Position numbers and translations under genes: made by a program. The notes beneath the pieces are model-generated. The model was not told the DNA's origin and made no database searches. It saw only the letters and a list, made by a program, of their open reading frames with translations. Shown in pieces: positions 24,177 through 33,802 of a stretch of 42,615 bases of DNA. This DNA is from a virus (lineage: Duplodnaviria > Caudoviricetes), in IMG/VR virus record IMGVR_UViG_3300005805_000158, positions 1 through 42,615 of that record, one strand, 5' to 3'. How positions within the stretch are numbered: the first letter of the stretch is position 1; every line of letters begins with the position of its first letter.

Positions 24177-25655
24177 ATGAAAGCAATCATATTTACAGGT
24201 TACGAAAGATCTGGTGGGTTAGAACGTGTGGGTGGCGCATATCGGATAGCCACAGTGTTACGAAAAGAAGGATGGGATATCGAGGTTGTCGATTTCTTCT
24301 ACCATTGGACATTAGATCAACTTAAAGAACTGATTAAAATAAGGCATCAGGCCGGTAATTTATCATGGGTCGGATTTAGCGCAACATGGATCAATTATTC
24401 ATCAGATCCTGTACAACAAATACTAATGGATCTATTAAGGCATATCAAAAAAGATTATCCGGAAATAGTGACATTAGCAGGCGGTCAAAATCCTAGTATC
24501 CATTTTCCAATCTATGATGACATTGATTATATTATTGGTGGGTTTGGAGAACACGCAGTATCAGAAGTTTTAAAATATAAATTCAGTAATGGTCCTTTTC
24601 CTAAAGGTGTTCCTAGAGCTAAAGGTTGGTACATTGATGCTAACGCTTTTTACCCGGCATGGCCTATGAGTGATCTTAGTATCGAATACGAGCCTAGAGA
24701 TTTTATCTATCCCAATGAAACTTTATCTACAGAAATATCTAGGGGTTGTAAATTCGCTTGCACCTTCTGTAACTTTCCTGTCTTAGGGGTGAAAGAAGAT
24801 ACTACTCGTGATCTGGAAGGATTCTATACTGAGTTACAACGAAACCATGATCTTTATGGAGTTAGCAATTATCAGGTAGCAGATGAAACCTTAAATGATC
24901 GTGATGAAAAATTAGCTAAAATGGGTAGTATAGCTAAACGTTTATCTTTTGAACCAAATTTCAGTGCTTTCATTCGTGGGGATATTTTATTCAGCCGTCC
25001 ACAACAAAAAGAATTGTTAGCCGAGGCAGGAGTATGGTCCCACTATTTCGGAATCGAAACATTCAATCATGACACTGGTAAATCGATCGGAAAAGGTATG
25101 CACCCTGATAAGATCAAAGCAGGATTGTTGGATACTAGAGATTACTTCCTAAGCACAATAAAAAAATATCGTGGAACCGTTTCATTGGTATATGGACTAC
25201 CAAAAGAAACTAAGGAAAGTATAGCATCAGCACTCGATTGGTTGTGTACTCATTGGAGTGATCAAAATGTCATTGCATTTCCATATAATATTAATCTTAC
25301 CGGCAAAAAATCTATTATTGACGAAGATTATGAAAAGTATGGTTACAGAATTATGAAACAGGAAAAAAGAGAATTATATAATAGACATAATTTCTTCTCT
25401 AATGATTTAACCATCTGGGAAAATGAAAATATGAATATGTATGATGCTATAGAAGCCGTTGATGAACAGATACGTAGATTTCAACCCGGATATCTAGATT
25501 CGTGGAAATTATTTTCTATGCTATCTGTTTCAGAGAGTATAGATTTTGCCTTAGGTCTTTACGAACATCAAGGTGGTTGGGAAGTGCAAAATAATTTAAC
25601 TATACGAGCTAGAGAAATCAAGAGTGAATACATTAATAAAAAATTGGGCCTATAA
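24177..25655 (+). CDS. Cobalamin-binding-domain radical SAM protein
   Basis: N-terminal GAYRIATVLR..VGFS..AGGQ..GFGE; EISRGCKFACTFC (CxxxCxxC); DETL; GIETF; YGLPKET. Confidence 0.85.
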   Translation: MKAIIFTGYERSGGLERVGGAYRIATVLRKEGWDIEVVDFFYHWTLDQLKELIKIRHQAGNLSWVGFSATWINYSSDPVQQILMDLLRHIKKDYPEIVTLAGGQNPSIHFPIYDDIDYIIGGFGEHAVSEVLKYKFSNGPFPKGVPRAKGWYIDANAFYPAWPMSDLSIEYEPRDFIYPNETLSTEISRGCKFACTFCNFPVLGVKEDTTRDLEGFYTELQRNHDLYGVSNYQVADETLNDRDEKLAKMGSIAKRLSFEPNFSAFIRGDILFSRPQQKELLAEAGVWSHYFGIETFNHDTGKSIGKGMHPDKIKAGLLDTRDYFLSTIKKYRGTVSLVYGLPKETKESIASALDWLCTHWSDQNVIAFPYNINLTGKKSIIDEDYEKYGYRIMKQEKRELYNRHNFFSNDLTIWENENMNMYDAIEAVDEQIRRFQPGYLDSWKLFSMLSVSESIDFALGLYEHQGGWEVQNNLTIRAREIKSEYINKKLGL

Positions 25656-26412
25656 AGATTATACCCATAACATTGATGGGGTAGCATTTGTTTTAAATCC
25701 TGAATGGAAAAAGATCGCTATTAGTGTTAGCGGTGGTGCCGATTCGGCCATGCTGGCCTACATACTCTGTGACCTAATTGTTAAAAATAATCTCAAAATC
25801 CAGGTACACATTATCAGCAACATTCGTATGTGGAAAACGAGACCTTGGCAAAAATGGGATTCACTAAATGTCTATTATGAGTTATGTGTTAGATTTCCTA
25901 CTGTAGAGTTTATTAGACACGAAAACTTTATTGCTCCTGATATAGAATACGGTAATATTGGACCTATTATTAGAGATGAGTACGGGCATATGAAAAGCGG
26001 TGATCAGATCAGTGTCAGGAGTCATGCCGAATATGTATGTTTTAGTCAACACATCGATGCTTGGTTTGCTGGTATAACTAAAAATCCACCTCTTGATAGT
26101 ATCACTCTTAAACCAGATGATCGAAATGATGAGTTAACCAAAGACAACATACATCTATTAGTTGACTATCAGCAGGGAATCTATGTCTGCCATCCTTTTA
26201 GATTCACATCTAAAGATTGGATTATCAGACAATATAAAAATTTCAATCTTGAGAATTTACTGAGCAAAACGAGATCTTGCGAAGGTGATACTAACACCTT
26301 CCCAGAAATATTCAAAGGTCTCGATTATCGTACCTACACTCCGGGACAACAAGTGCCATCCTGCGGAAAGTGTTTCTGGTGTCAAGAACGTAACTGGGCA
26401 TTGTCGCAATGA
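25624..26412 (+). CDS. PP-loop ATPase, QueC-like adenine nucleotide alpha hydrolase
   Basis: ISVSGGADS PP-loop; TRSC...CGKCFWC Zn-type motif. Confidence 0.75.
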   Translation: MNTLIKNWAYKDYTHNIDGVAFVLNPEWKKIAISVSGGADSAMLAYILCDLIVKNNLKIQVHIISNIRMWKTRPWQKWDSLNVYYELCVRFPTVEFIRHENFIAPDIEYGNIGPIIRDEYGHMKSGDQISVRSHAEYVCFSQHIDAWFAGITKNPPLDSITLKPDDRNDELTKDNIHLLVDYQQGIYVCHPFRFTSKDWIIRQYKNFNLENLLSKTRSCEGDTNTFPEIFKGLDYRTYTPGQQVPSCGKCFWCQERNWALSQ

Positions 26413-27146
26413 TCCCTCAGCATTTATCAGACTTCGCCGATCAAAATAAAAATTTAAATTGGTCTGTTGATGTTAATGTTACTGATCCTATAAATACCAC
26501 CAGACGATTGTTTAAACAAGATGCAATCGGTTGGTTAAAATTAGATATAGATTTTGATCTCAATAGTTTTAAACAAGAAATGGCTGCTGCCGAACCCTAC
26601 TATGTTACACATCGTGGCGGAGAAATACACCAAGGATGGAGCAGTTGTTGCGTGCATGGAGTTAATATTTCAGAAACTACGCATCACGGTGATGTTACTG
26701 AACAACATTTCGATTGGACTGAGTTGGCTGATAAGGTTCCTACTATTGTAAACTTTTGGAAAAAATTTCCTGTACAGGGATTTAAAAGATTACGATTTAT
26801 GAAGCTCGATCCAGGCGGATATATCGATGTTCATAATGATCTACCTGACTGGGGTCGTCATTTATCTCTTAAAGATCTAGATGTATTAAATGAAACTGTA
26901 GCTGTTAACCTTGCCATTACACATCCAGATGGCTGCGAAATGATCAGCGAAGGATGTGGAGTTTTACCTTGGCAGGAAGGTAGCATTTATATCTTGAATA
27001 ATACTCGTAATCATGCTATAATAAATCATAGCTCTCAAACAAGGATCCATATGATTGCTGAATGTGTGATTGGAAATAGATTAGAAGATTTTTCCAATTT
27101 AATATTCAATAGTCTAAAAGGTAATAATGTCATTTCAAACATTTAG
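26409..27146 (+). CDS. Aspartyl/asparaginyl beta-hydroxylase-like 2OG-Fe(II) oxygenase
   Basis: RFMKLDPGGYIDVHND, NHAIINHSSQTRIHMI. Confidence 0.8.
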   Translation: MIPQHLSDFADQNKNLNWSVDVNVTDPINTTRRLFKQDAIGWLKLDIDFDLNSFKQEMAAAEPYYVTHRGGEIHQGWSSCCVHGVNISETTHHGDVTEQHFDWTELADKVPTIVNFWKKFPVQGFKRLRFMKLDPGGYIDVHNDLPDWGRHLSLKDLDVLNETVAVNLAITHPDGCEMISEGCGVLPWQEGSIYILNNTRNHAIINHSSQTRIHMIAECVIGNRLEDFSNLIFNSLKGNNVISNI

Positions 27147-28542
27147 ATCTATTAAAGATACAAATAAATCTACAGTTTTTTGTATCATAGATAGCACTCA
27201 TCAATATCCCACTCCCTGGCTAACTGAATTGGTTAAAAACAGTGCGGATTTTGAAATAGCTACCCTTACCGGAAATGGCTATGATGTTCTAGTTGGTGAT
27301 GATGAAGATGAACTACTAAGAATCGCATCGGTAAATGGATACAGTCATGCTGTAGTAGCCCTAATGGGAACTATTTGGGGTGATTATCTAGACTTTTATG
27401 CCTTATTAGATAAAAAAGTTAAAGAAGATTGGTTTTTAATGGGTCATGTATTAGACAAAAAAATTGCTTACTACGAACTACATCCTCAGTGTTATGTGAT
27501 TAATCTAGAACAATATCAAAGTTTAGGATGCCCTGACATCGGAAAACGAACCTTGTATGCCGATCACGAACAGATTATTCCTATTAGAAGTGAAGAAAAT
27601 TATCATGATGATTATACTCCGTTGTGGGTTAAATCAGGGCACGAACGTAAAAACTTTGAACATAAGTGTCATGGATGGAATATTCTAAGTTTAGCGTTTG
27701 AAAATAATTTATCAGTCTTGGTATTTGATGAAGGATTTAGAAATTCCAAAAGATATTTTTATCCTGATGACGAAAATCCTGTTCAACATCAGAGTAAATT
27801 TTATTTAGAAACAACCGTTGCAGCGAGGCATTGGATCAATCCTTTCGGAACTTCTAGTTTGCCAGAATATGATCTAGATGGTCCTTTAAAGAATCTAATT
27901 ACAACTTGTAACGGTCTTGATTGGATATTTTATCTAAAGAAATATGGGTTTGAGCAAGGTACTAGAGTTAAGTTTGTAGACTACAATATGATGTTCTTAG
28001 AATTCACCAAACGTCTTTTAGAGTGGAATGGTGTCGATTATATAAAATTCTTAGAAACATTTGGTCGTGAAAAAACAGAGTTTCTAGGATTGCCTAGTGA
28101 TACTTGGTATGGTGTAAAAATCGGATTACAAGAGCGTTGGGAAGAATTCAAACAGACGGTGGGTTGGGATTCTATATGGTCTGAAATTAAACAGAAAGTT
28201 TCTTTTGAATTCTGTTACAAGGATTTCTTACACGAAGAAGTTGGACACAATTGGATTGATTCTAGTTACGACAATCGTAACACATTAATTAATCTTAGTC
28301 ATGTTTTTAGTTATCATTCAACTGCTATTTTTTATACCTTAGTATATAGATTACAATTAGAAAACAAAACCATAGAACAATTAAAACATACTGTACCTAA
28401 TGCTTGGATTATACTTGAAAATCGTGCCTATAAAGGTTTCAAGTATTACGATAAGTATAGTAAATTTTCTCAAGCAAGTGATCTAATTACAGTAGATATT
28501 AAAGAACTAACAAGACCAATATGGCATAACAATGACTGGTAA
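27127..28542 (+). CDS. Hypothetical 471-aa protein (possibly a two-domain transferase)
   Basis: Long ORF coupled to both neighbours; no motif confidently assigned. Confidence 0.75.
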   Translation: MSFQTFRSIKDTNKSTVFCIIDSTHQYPTPWLTELVKNSADFEIATLTGNGYDVLVGDDEDELLRIASVNGYSHAVVALMGTIWGDYLDFYALLDKKVKEDWFLMGHVLDKKIAYYELHPQCYVINLEQYQSLGCPDIGKRTLYADHEQIIPIRSEENYHDDYTPLWVKSGHERKNFEHKCHGWNILSLAFENNLSVLVFDEGFRNSKRYFYPDDENPVQHQSKFYLETTVAARHWINPFGTSSLPEYDLDGPLKNLITTCNGLDWIFYLKKYGFEQGTRVKFVDYNMMFLEFTKRLLEWNGVDYIKFLETFGREKTEFLGLPSDTWYGVKIGLQERWEEFKQTVGWDSIWSEIKQKVSFEFCYKDFLHEEVGHNWIDSSYDNRNTLINLSHVFSYHSTAIFYTLVYRLQLENKTIEQLKHTVPNAWIILENRAYKGFKYYDKYSKFSQASDLITVDIKELTRPIWHNNDW

Positions 28543-29800
28543 AGAAAGCAAAACATTCTGCTTACATCCATTTACAGGTGTAGCAACTAGAGAAGACGGT
28601 GCTGTTAAAGTATGCTGCCGCAGTCAACCTGTTGGCTGGATACAAGACGATAGTCTAGAACATATCTGGAACGGCCATCAGATGAAAGAAGTTCGTAGAC
28701 AGGTACTTTGTGGTGAGCGTCCGGAAGTGTGCAAACCCTGCTTTGATTTAGAAGATCAAGGCGTAGAAAGTTTACGTCAACGTCACATTAAAGGTGAGAT
28801 TCCCGAAGCACGAATCAACTTATATCCTAACGCATTAGACACACTACGTGAAGATTATACTATGCCTTTTGAATTTCCAACTATGGAGATCAAACTTAAC
28901 AATTTATGCAATCTGCGCTGCCGTATGTGTAACCCTTTAGACAGTACTAGCTGGACTGATTGGGATGAAGTTAAACCATTTTATGCTAAAGAAGGTAACT
29001 ACCTAGTTAAAACTGTAGATAGATTTGTCAGCAAACCTGGAAAATATATAGGTCCGTTTGATGATACAGATAATTGGTGGGACAGTTTTGAAAAATTATT
29101 ACCACATTTTAGACGTGTAGAGTTTGCTGGCGGCGAACCGTTAATGGATCCACAACATTACAAGATCTTAGACATGCTGAAACCATATGCTAAGAATATT
29201 GAAATCAAATATGCTACTAATGGCACCACATTAGGAATTAAAGGTGGAAGAACTGTACATGACTATTGGCCATATTTTAAATCAGTTGCCGTTAATGTCT
29301 CTATTGACGGCATTAATGATGTTTACAACTACATTCGCGGCAACGGTGATTTTACTGAAGTCGAGCAAAATGTTAAAGAAATACAAACTATACCAAACGT
29401 GTCACGTGTGGTTGGTGCGTTTACTGCGCAGGCTGGAAACATTCTACAAGCAGCAGAATGTATAGATTATTTTATCAACAAGATGGGAATAGTATTTTAT
29501 AGTCATCGTGTAAGTTATCCTAACGTATTGTCAGCTCAAGTGCTTCCACAAGAATTAAAAGAACTTGCCATCAGTAGATTGGAGCAAATGAAATTGCGTG
29601 TTCCTAATTTTGAGAATGTTAAAAAACATCCTATATTGTTAGGAATCACACTAAGACAAATTGAAGATAATATCAATTACCTAAGAGCAAAAGATCAAAA
29701 TCACTTATGGAAAGAATTCTTAGAATTTAATCAAGCGTTAGATGAATCTCGTGGTCAGAATTTATTAGACATAGTTCCGGAGTTTAAACCCTATGTTTAA
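28532..29800 (+). CDS. Radical SAM protein with N-terminal SPASM/twitch-like Cys domain (type A)
   Basis: FCLHPF..VKVCC..CKPC; CNLRCRMC; FAGGEP; YATNG; SIDG. Confidence 0.9.
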   Translation: MTGKESKTFCLHPFTGVATREDGAVKVCCRSQPVGWIQDDSLEHIWNGHQMKEVRRQVLCGERPEVCKPCFDLEDQGVESLRQRHIKGEIPEARINLYPNALDTLREDYTMPFEFPTMEIKLNNLCNLRCRMCNPLDSTSWTDWDEVKPFYAKEGNYLVKTVDRFVSKPGKYIGPFDDTDNWWDSFEKLLPHFRRVEFAGGEPLMDPQHYKILDMLKPYAKNIEIKYATNGTTLGIKGGRTVHDYWPYFKSVAVNVSIDGINDVYNYIRGNGDFTEVEQNVKEIQTIPNVSRVVGAFTAQAGNILQAAECIDYFINKMGIVFYSHRVSYPNVLSAQVLPQELKELAISRLEQMKLRVPNFENVKKHPILLGITLRQIEDNINYLRAKDQNHLWKEFLEFNQALDESRGQNLLDIVPEFKPYV

Positions 29801-30701
29801 GATAACTTCAGCATGGCCCCATCAGGATCAAATTAAAGTTGAATGGAACCTTGGCAAGCGTTGCAACTACGACTGTAGTTATTGTCCAGACAGCATACAC
29901 GATAACTACAGTCCCCATACAGATATCAACATATTAGAACGTACCGTAGATAGATTAGTTGAGTTAGGCAAGCCATTACGTATTAGTCTAACCGGAGGTG
30001 AACCTGCTGTTCATCCAGACATCGAAGATTTATTCGATTATTTTAAACGCAAGGGAGTCTTTTGGGTCAATCTAACCACTAATGGAACTCGACCAGCAAA
30101 ATGGTATCTAGATAATGAGATGTTTTTTAATCATCTAGTATTCAGCTTACATTTCGAACACGACTGGCAACGGATTCTTAGAACCATTAACGAATTTTAC
30201 GATGCTACTGAAAGAGATTTCTTTGTAAATGTTATGGCTCATCATGATTACATGAAAGATGTTAGATTTGTTGTGGAAAGATTAAAAGATGTAGGAATAA
30301 AATATGCTGTTCGAAGAATACGTTGGACCGAAGGTGATCATAATATATTTGACGATATGCGTTACGATGGAAAAGATTTAGAATGGCTTATTGCACAAGA
30401 TGCAACAGCCATGCCTAATGTTAGTGTTGATGATGAGTATGTTGTGCATGCTAACGATATTATTAAAAAGAAACAAAATCAATTTAAAGGATGGACCTGT
30501 AATGCAGGCATAGAAAGTCTAATGATTAATTGGGACGGCGAAGTGCATCGTGCAACCTGTAGAGTTGGTGGTAGTCTGGGTAATATATACGACGGCACAT
30601 TTGTTTTACCTATTAATCCTGTTATTTGTACACGTGATTGGTGTACATGTGCTGCTGATATACCATTAACAAAAATCAATGATCAAAACCACAGCGATTA
30701 A
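29793..30701 (+). CDS. Radical SAM protein with C-terminal twitch-like Cys cluster (type B)
   Basis: CNYDCSYC; TGGEP; TTNG; GWTCNAG..C..C-x4-CTCAAD. Confidence 0.9.
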   Translation: MFKITSAWPHQDQIKVEWNLGKRCNYDCSYCPDSIHDNYSPHTDINILERTVDRLVELGKPLRISLTGGEPAVHPDIEDLFDYFKRKGVFWVNLTTNGTRPAKWYLDNEMFFNHLVFSLHFEHDWQRILRTINEFYDATERDFFVNVMAHHDYMKDVRFVVERLKDVGIKYAVRRIRWTEGDHNIFDDMRYDGKDLEWLIAQDATAMPNVSVDDEYVVHANDIIKKKQNQFKGWTCNAGIESLMINWDGEVHRATCRVGGSLGNIYDGTFVLPINPVICTRDWCTCAADIPLTKINDQNHSD

Positions 30702-31764
30702 ATTGATAAAACCAGAACCGATGATGGTTACCTGGGACCTAGGACGCAGATGCAACTATGATTGCTCTTACTGCGAAGTTAGTCGTCACGATAATATTAG
30801 TCCACACCATAGTCTAGAAGAACTTAAAGAAACATTTGAGTTTATTAGATCGTGGACAACGTTATATAATGGCAAACGTAAATTTGAATCACATACTAAT
30901 ATAAATTTTACAGGTGGTGAACCTACTATGAATCCTGCATTTTGGGATCTAGTAGATCATATTAATGCAGTAGGTGGATTTCAATTAAGTCTAACTACCA
31001 ATGGTGCATGGAACGGAAAATATACACAAAAGATTATCGATCGCTTTCATGGTGTAACGGTTAGCTATCATGCAGAAGGACATCCTGAACTTAAAAAACA
31101 AGTATTAAAAAATATTATAGCATTACGAGATGCAGGATTATGGATGCAGATCAATGTTATGTTACATGTAGATCACTGGGAAGAATGTATAGATGTTTAC
31201 AAATCTCTTAAACGCCATCAGATTAAAGTAAATCCTCGTCCAATCGGAGACGGAGTTACTGAAAGATCGGGATGGTTTATCGATGCAGACGGAAGCAATA
31301 GACGTACCAGTCACGAATATGATAAATTTCAACAACAATGGTTCTTTGATGAAATGGGCCTTAAAGGATCGGCAGAAGAAATCAAGGCAGGAACACAATT
31401 AGGTCGAGCATGTTGTGGTGGACGTTGTTTACAAGGTAAAGTTAACGACCAATGGCAAGAAGTAAAATTAGTTAATACAGAATTTAAAGATTGGAATTGT
31501 ATGGTTGATTGGTATTTCTTACACATAGATCAACATACCGGGTCTGTTTATCATCATCAAACCTGTCAGGCCAAACATGAAGGCCAAAGAGGATCGATCG
31601 GTAATCTTAATGATACTCAAAATATGTTATCTGGACTATCAAAAAGATTAGAAAACCCAACTCCTATAGTATGCCCTAATCAACGTTGTGGGTGTGGTAT
31701 GTGTATACCGAAAGCAAAAGAAAGATCAGACTTCGATCTGTTGTGGAATGATATAGTTAGATAG
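30679..31764 (+). CDS. Radical SAM protein with Cys-rich C-terminus (type C)
   Basis: CNYDCSYC; TGGEP; GRACCGG; CPNQRCGCGMC. Confidence 0.9.
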   Translation: MIKTTAIKLIKPEPMMVTWDLGRRCNYDCSYCEVSRHDNISPHHSLEELKETFEFIRSWTTLYNGKRKFESHTNINFTGGEPTMNPAFWDLVDHINAVGGFQLSLTTNGAWNGKYTQKIIDRFHGVTVSYHAEGHPELKKQVLKNIIALRDAGLWMQINVMLHVDHWEECIDVYKSLKRHQIKVNPRPIGDGVTERSGWFIDADGSNRRTSHEYDKFQQQWFFDEMGLKGSAEEIKAGTQLGRACCGGRCLQGKVNDQWQEVKLVNTEFKDWNCMVDWYFLHIDQHTGSVYHHQTCQAKHEGQRGSIGNLNDTQNMLSGLSKRLENPTPIVCPNQRCGCGMCIPKAKERSDFDLLWNDIVR

Positions 31765-32844
31765 CATCATAGTGTTGTAAAGATCTTCAGTTCTTGCTTT
31801 AGGAGCGCATAGTCCACACCAACAAGCACGTTTTTTACATTTAATCACAGGCATTGTATTATTTGTTAAGTTGATTTCAAGATCCTGTAAGATATGTTCA
31901 GCATCATCCAAGTATCCGATCGGAGCCACTTCACCGTTGAAGTTCATTTTGCAGTCTTTATTCACATAAACAGCACGCTCTGTCTGTTTAACAAATACAA
32001 AAAACCAATTAACTGAACAACTCCAACCTTCAAATTTGTTATCAGGAATAAAGAAAGTTGAATTATCTGTGTCTCGATCAACACAAAATCCTGTACCACC
32101 ACAACAAGCACGTCCTACTTCTGATATATTGGTCTTTTCTTCTTTGACTTCTAACACAGCTATAGTTTTAGTTTCTTTCTTTTTGTAAAGATTATCAAAC
32201 CAAACAATCTGTTCTGGTTGATATTTAAAATCTTCAGAATCTTTATGTTGATCTAATTGTCTTGGAAGGTACGAAATGTTATTATCTTTACACCATTCAA
32301 TCATTTCTAAATTATTATCAAAATGTTTAGGGTGCATCAAAATAGAACACTGATACCATTTACCGGTTTCTTTCAACAACAAAATATTATTTCTAACCTG
32401 TTGTTGTTGATCACTACGACTTTCTGTATGATAGCTAATTGTAAAAGAATCAACGTTGTCTAATATCTTTTTCCATGTATGCTCTGCTGCCACAGCGTTG
32501 GTAACACAATGTATACTCAAATACCACTTGTTTCGATATTGTTCGTATCTCTTACGTGCTTCTTCTAGGATAGTGACAAACCCTGGATGATATATCGCTT
32601 CACCACCAAATACATTTAAAATCGCTGATCTGTGTTGTGGTGCTTTATATGTCATATAAAGATCAACATATTTCAATAGAAAGTCTAAAGTCTTTAGGCA
32701 TTCTTCTGTATCAGGATGAGGCACTGAATTATCATGACCATTGCTGTCACAATAAGAACAATCTAGATTGCATTTAAGAGTTAACTCCCAAGTGATATGA
32801 AATCCTGGTTTGTCTTTAAGTATAGGTTCTAATATTTCAAACAT
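31726..32844 (-). CDS. Radical SAM protein (type C')
   Basis: CNLDCSYC; FGGE; GRACCGG; CKKRACWCGLC. Confidence 0.9.
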   Translation of the reverse strand: MFEILEPILKDKPGFHITWELTLKCNLDCSYCDSNGHDNSVPHPDTEECLKTLDFLLKYVDLYMTYKAPQHRSAILNVFGGEAIYHPGFVTILEEARKRYEQYRNKWYLSIHCVTNAVAAEHTWKKILDNVDSFTISYHTESRSDQQQQVRNNILLLKETGKWYQCSILMHPKHFDNNLEMIEWCKDNNISYLPRQLDQHKDSEDFKYQPEQIVWFDNLYKKKETKTIAVLEVKEEKTNISEVGRACCGGTGFCVDRDTDNSTFFIPDNKFEGWSCSVNWFFVFVKQTERAVYVNKDCKMNFNGEVAPIGYLDDAEHILQDLEINLTNNTMPVIKCKKRACWCGLCAPKARTEDLYNTMMLSNYIIPQQIEV

Positions 32845-33802
32845 ATTTCTTTATAGCAACTTCACTGCTACACTCACAGGTATCTTTTTGGCATATAATA
32901 GGTTTAATTTCTGGTGAAAATCTTTTAATAAACTCTTGATCATATAAATTAAAATGATCCATACCGTATATACGCTGTCTGCAATTACCAGATATAGTAC
33001 CATCTTGATATATTTCTAAAAAATCTACCCCTAAGTTGCAGGTCCATCCACGGAAATGATTAAGATCATTTAACATGATCCAACTATCATTGGGCACACG
33101 TTTTTTAAAACCATCTTCTATAATATAAACTTTTCTAGTATATTCGGGTTCTCTCAGGCTACGAATATACCAAAGAAGATTAGGAGCACGTTTCTCTGCA
33201 GGATTAAAATATTCCTTTTGTTCTTCTGTATATCTTGTTTGTCCATTATACAATACGCTCTTGGCTATGATACCCCAACTGTTCTTGCTGGTCTTTAATT
33301 GTTCAACAATGTCTTTACATTTTTCAAAATGGTCTGGATCCATCAGTACATTAGCAACAACATGTCTCTTTCGATCATATATCATATCAGCAACTTCAAT
33401 TATATGATTAATATCGGCAAATTCGTGATGTACAGATATTTCAATATTATCATAATAATCGGCATTGTCTATCCACCAATTTAAACTTCGACTGGCATTA
33501 GTCGAGACATTAATATAGGCATTGTAATTGTCTTTAAGAAAGGCTGTAAGATCTGGAAGGTCTTTCCATATAGTAGGTTCACCGCCTACCAAATAAAATT
33601 GAAACGTATTTTTTCCATGAGATCGATAGTGATCTAATAGATGACCTAAATTTTCTTTTACTAGGTCAACATCTGGCCAAGGAAAAGTACCTTCATTATT
33701 ATTAGGAAAACAATAGGAACATTTGTGATTACAAGTATTTCCTAGCATATATTCTATACGTAGGAAATCCGATTTATAGTTATTAGAAATCTCTGTGATC
33801 AT
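32837..33802 (-). CDS. Radical SAM protein (type B')
   Basis: CNHKCSYC; VGGEP; STNAS; GWTCNLG; CQKDTCECSSE. Confidence 0.9.
   Translation of the reverse strand: MITEISNNYKSDFLRIEYMLGNTCNHKCSYCFPNNNEGTFPWPDVDLVKENLGHLLDHYRSHGKNTFQFYLVGGEPTIWKDLPDLTAFLKDNYNAYINVSTNASRSLNWWIDNADYYDNIEISVHHEFADINHIIEVADMIYDRKRHVVANVLMDPDHFEKCKDIVEQLKTSKNSWGIIAKSVLYNGQTRYTEEQKEYFNPAEKRAPNLLWYIRSLREPEYTRKVYIIEDGFKKRVPNDSWIMLNDLNHFRGWTCNLGVDFLEIYQDGTISGNCRQRIYGMDHFNLYDQEFIKRFSPEIKPIICQKDTCECSSEVAIKKYV

Noticed and set aside
25624-30701. 7-deazaguanine DNA-modification pathway (queC + queE)
   Set aside because: The rSAMs carry extra Cys domains and are longer than QueE; no folE, queD or dpdA seen in the window
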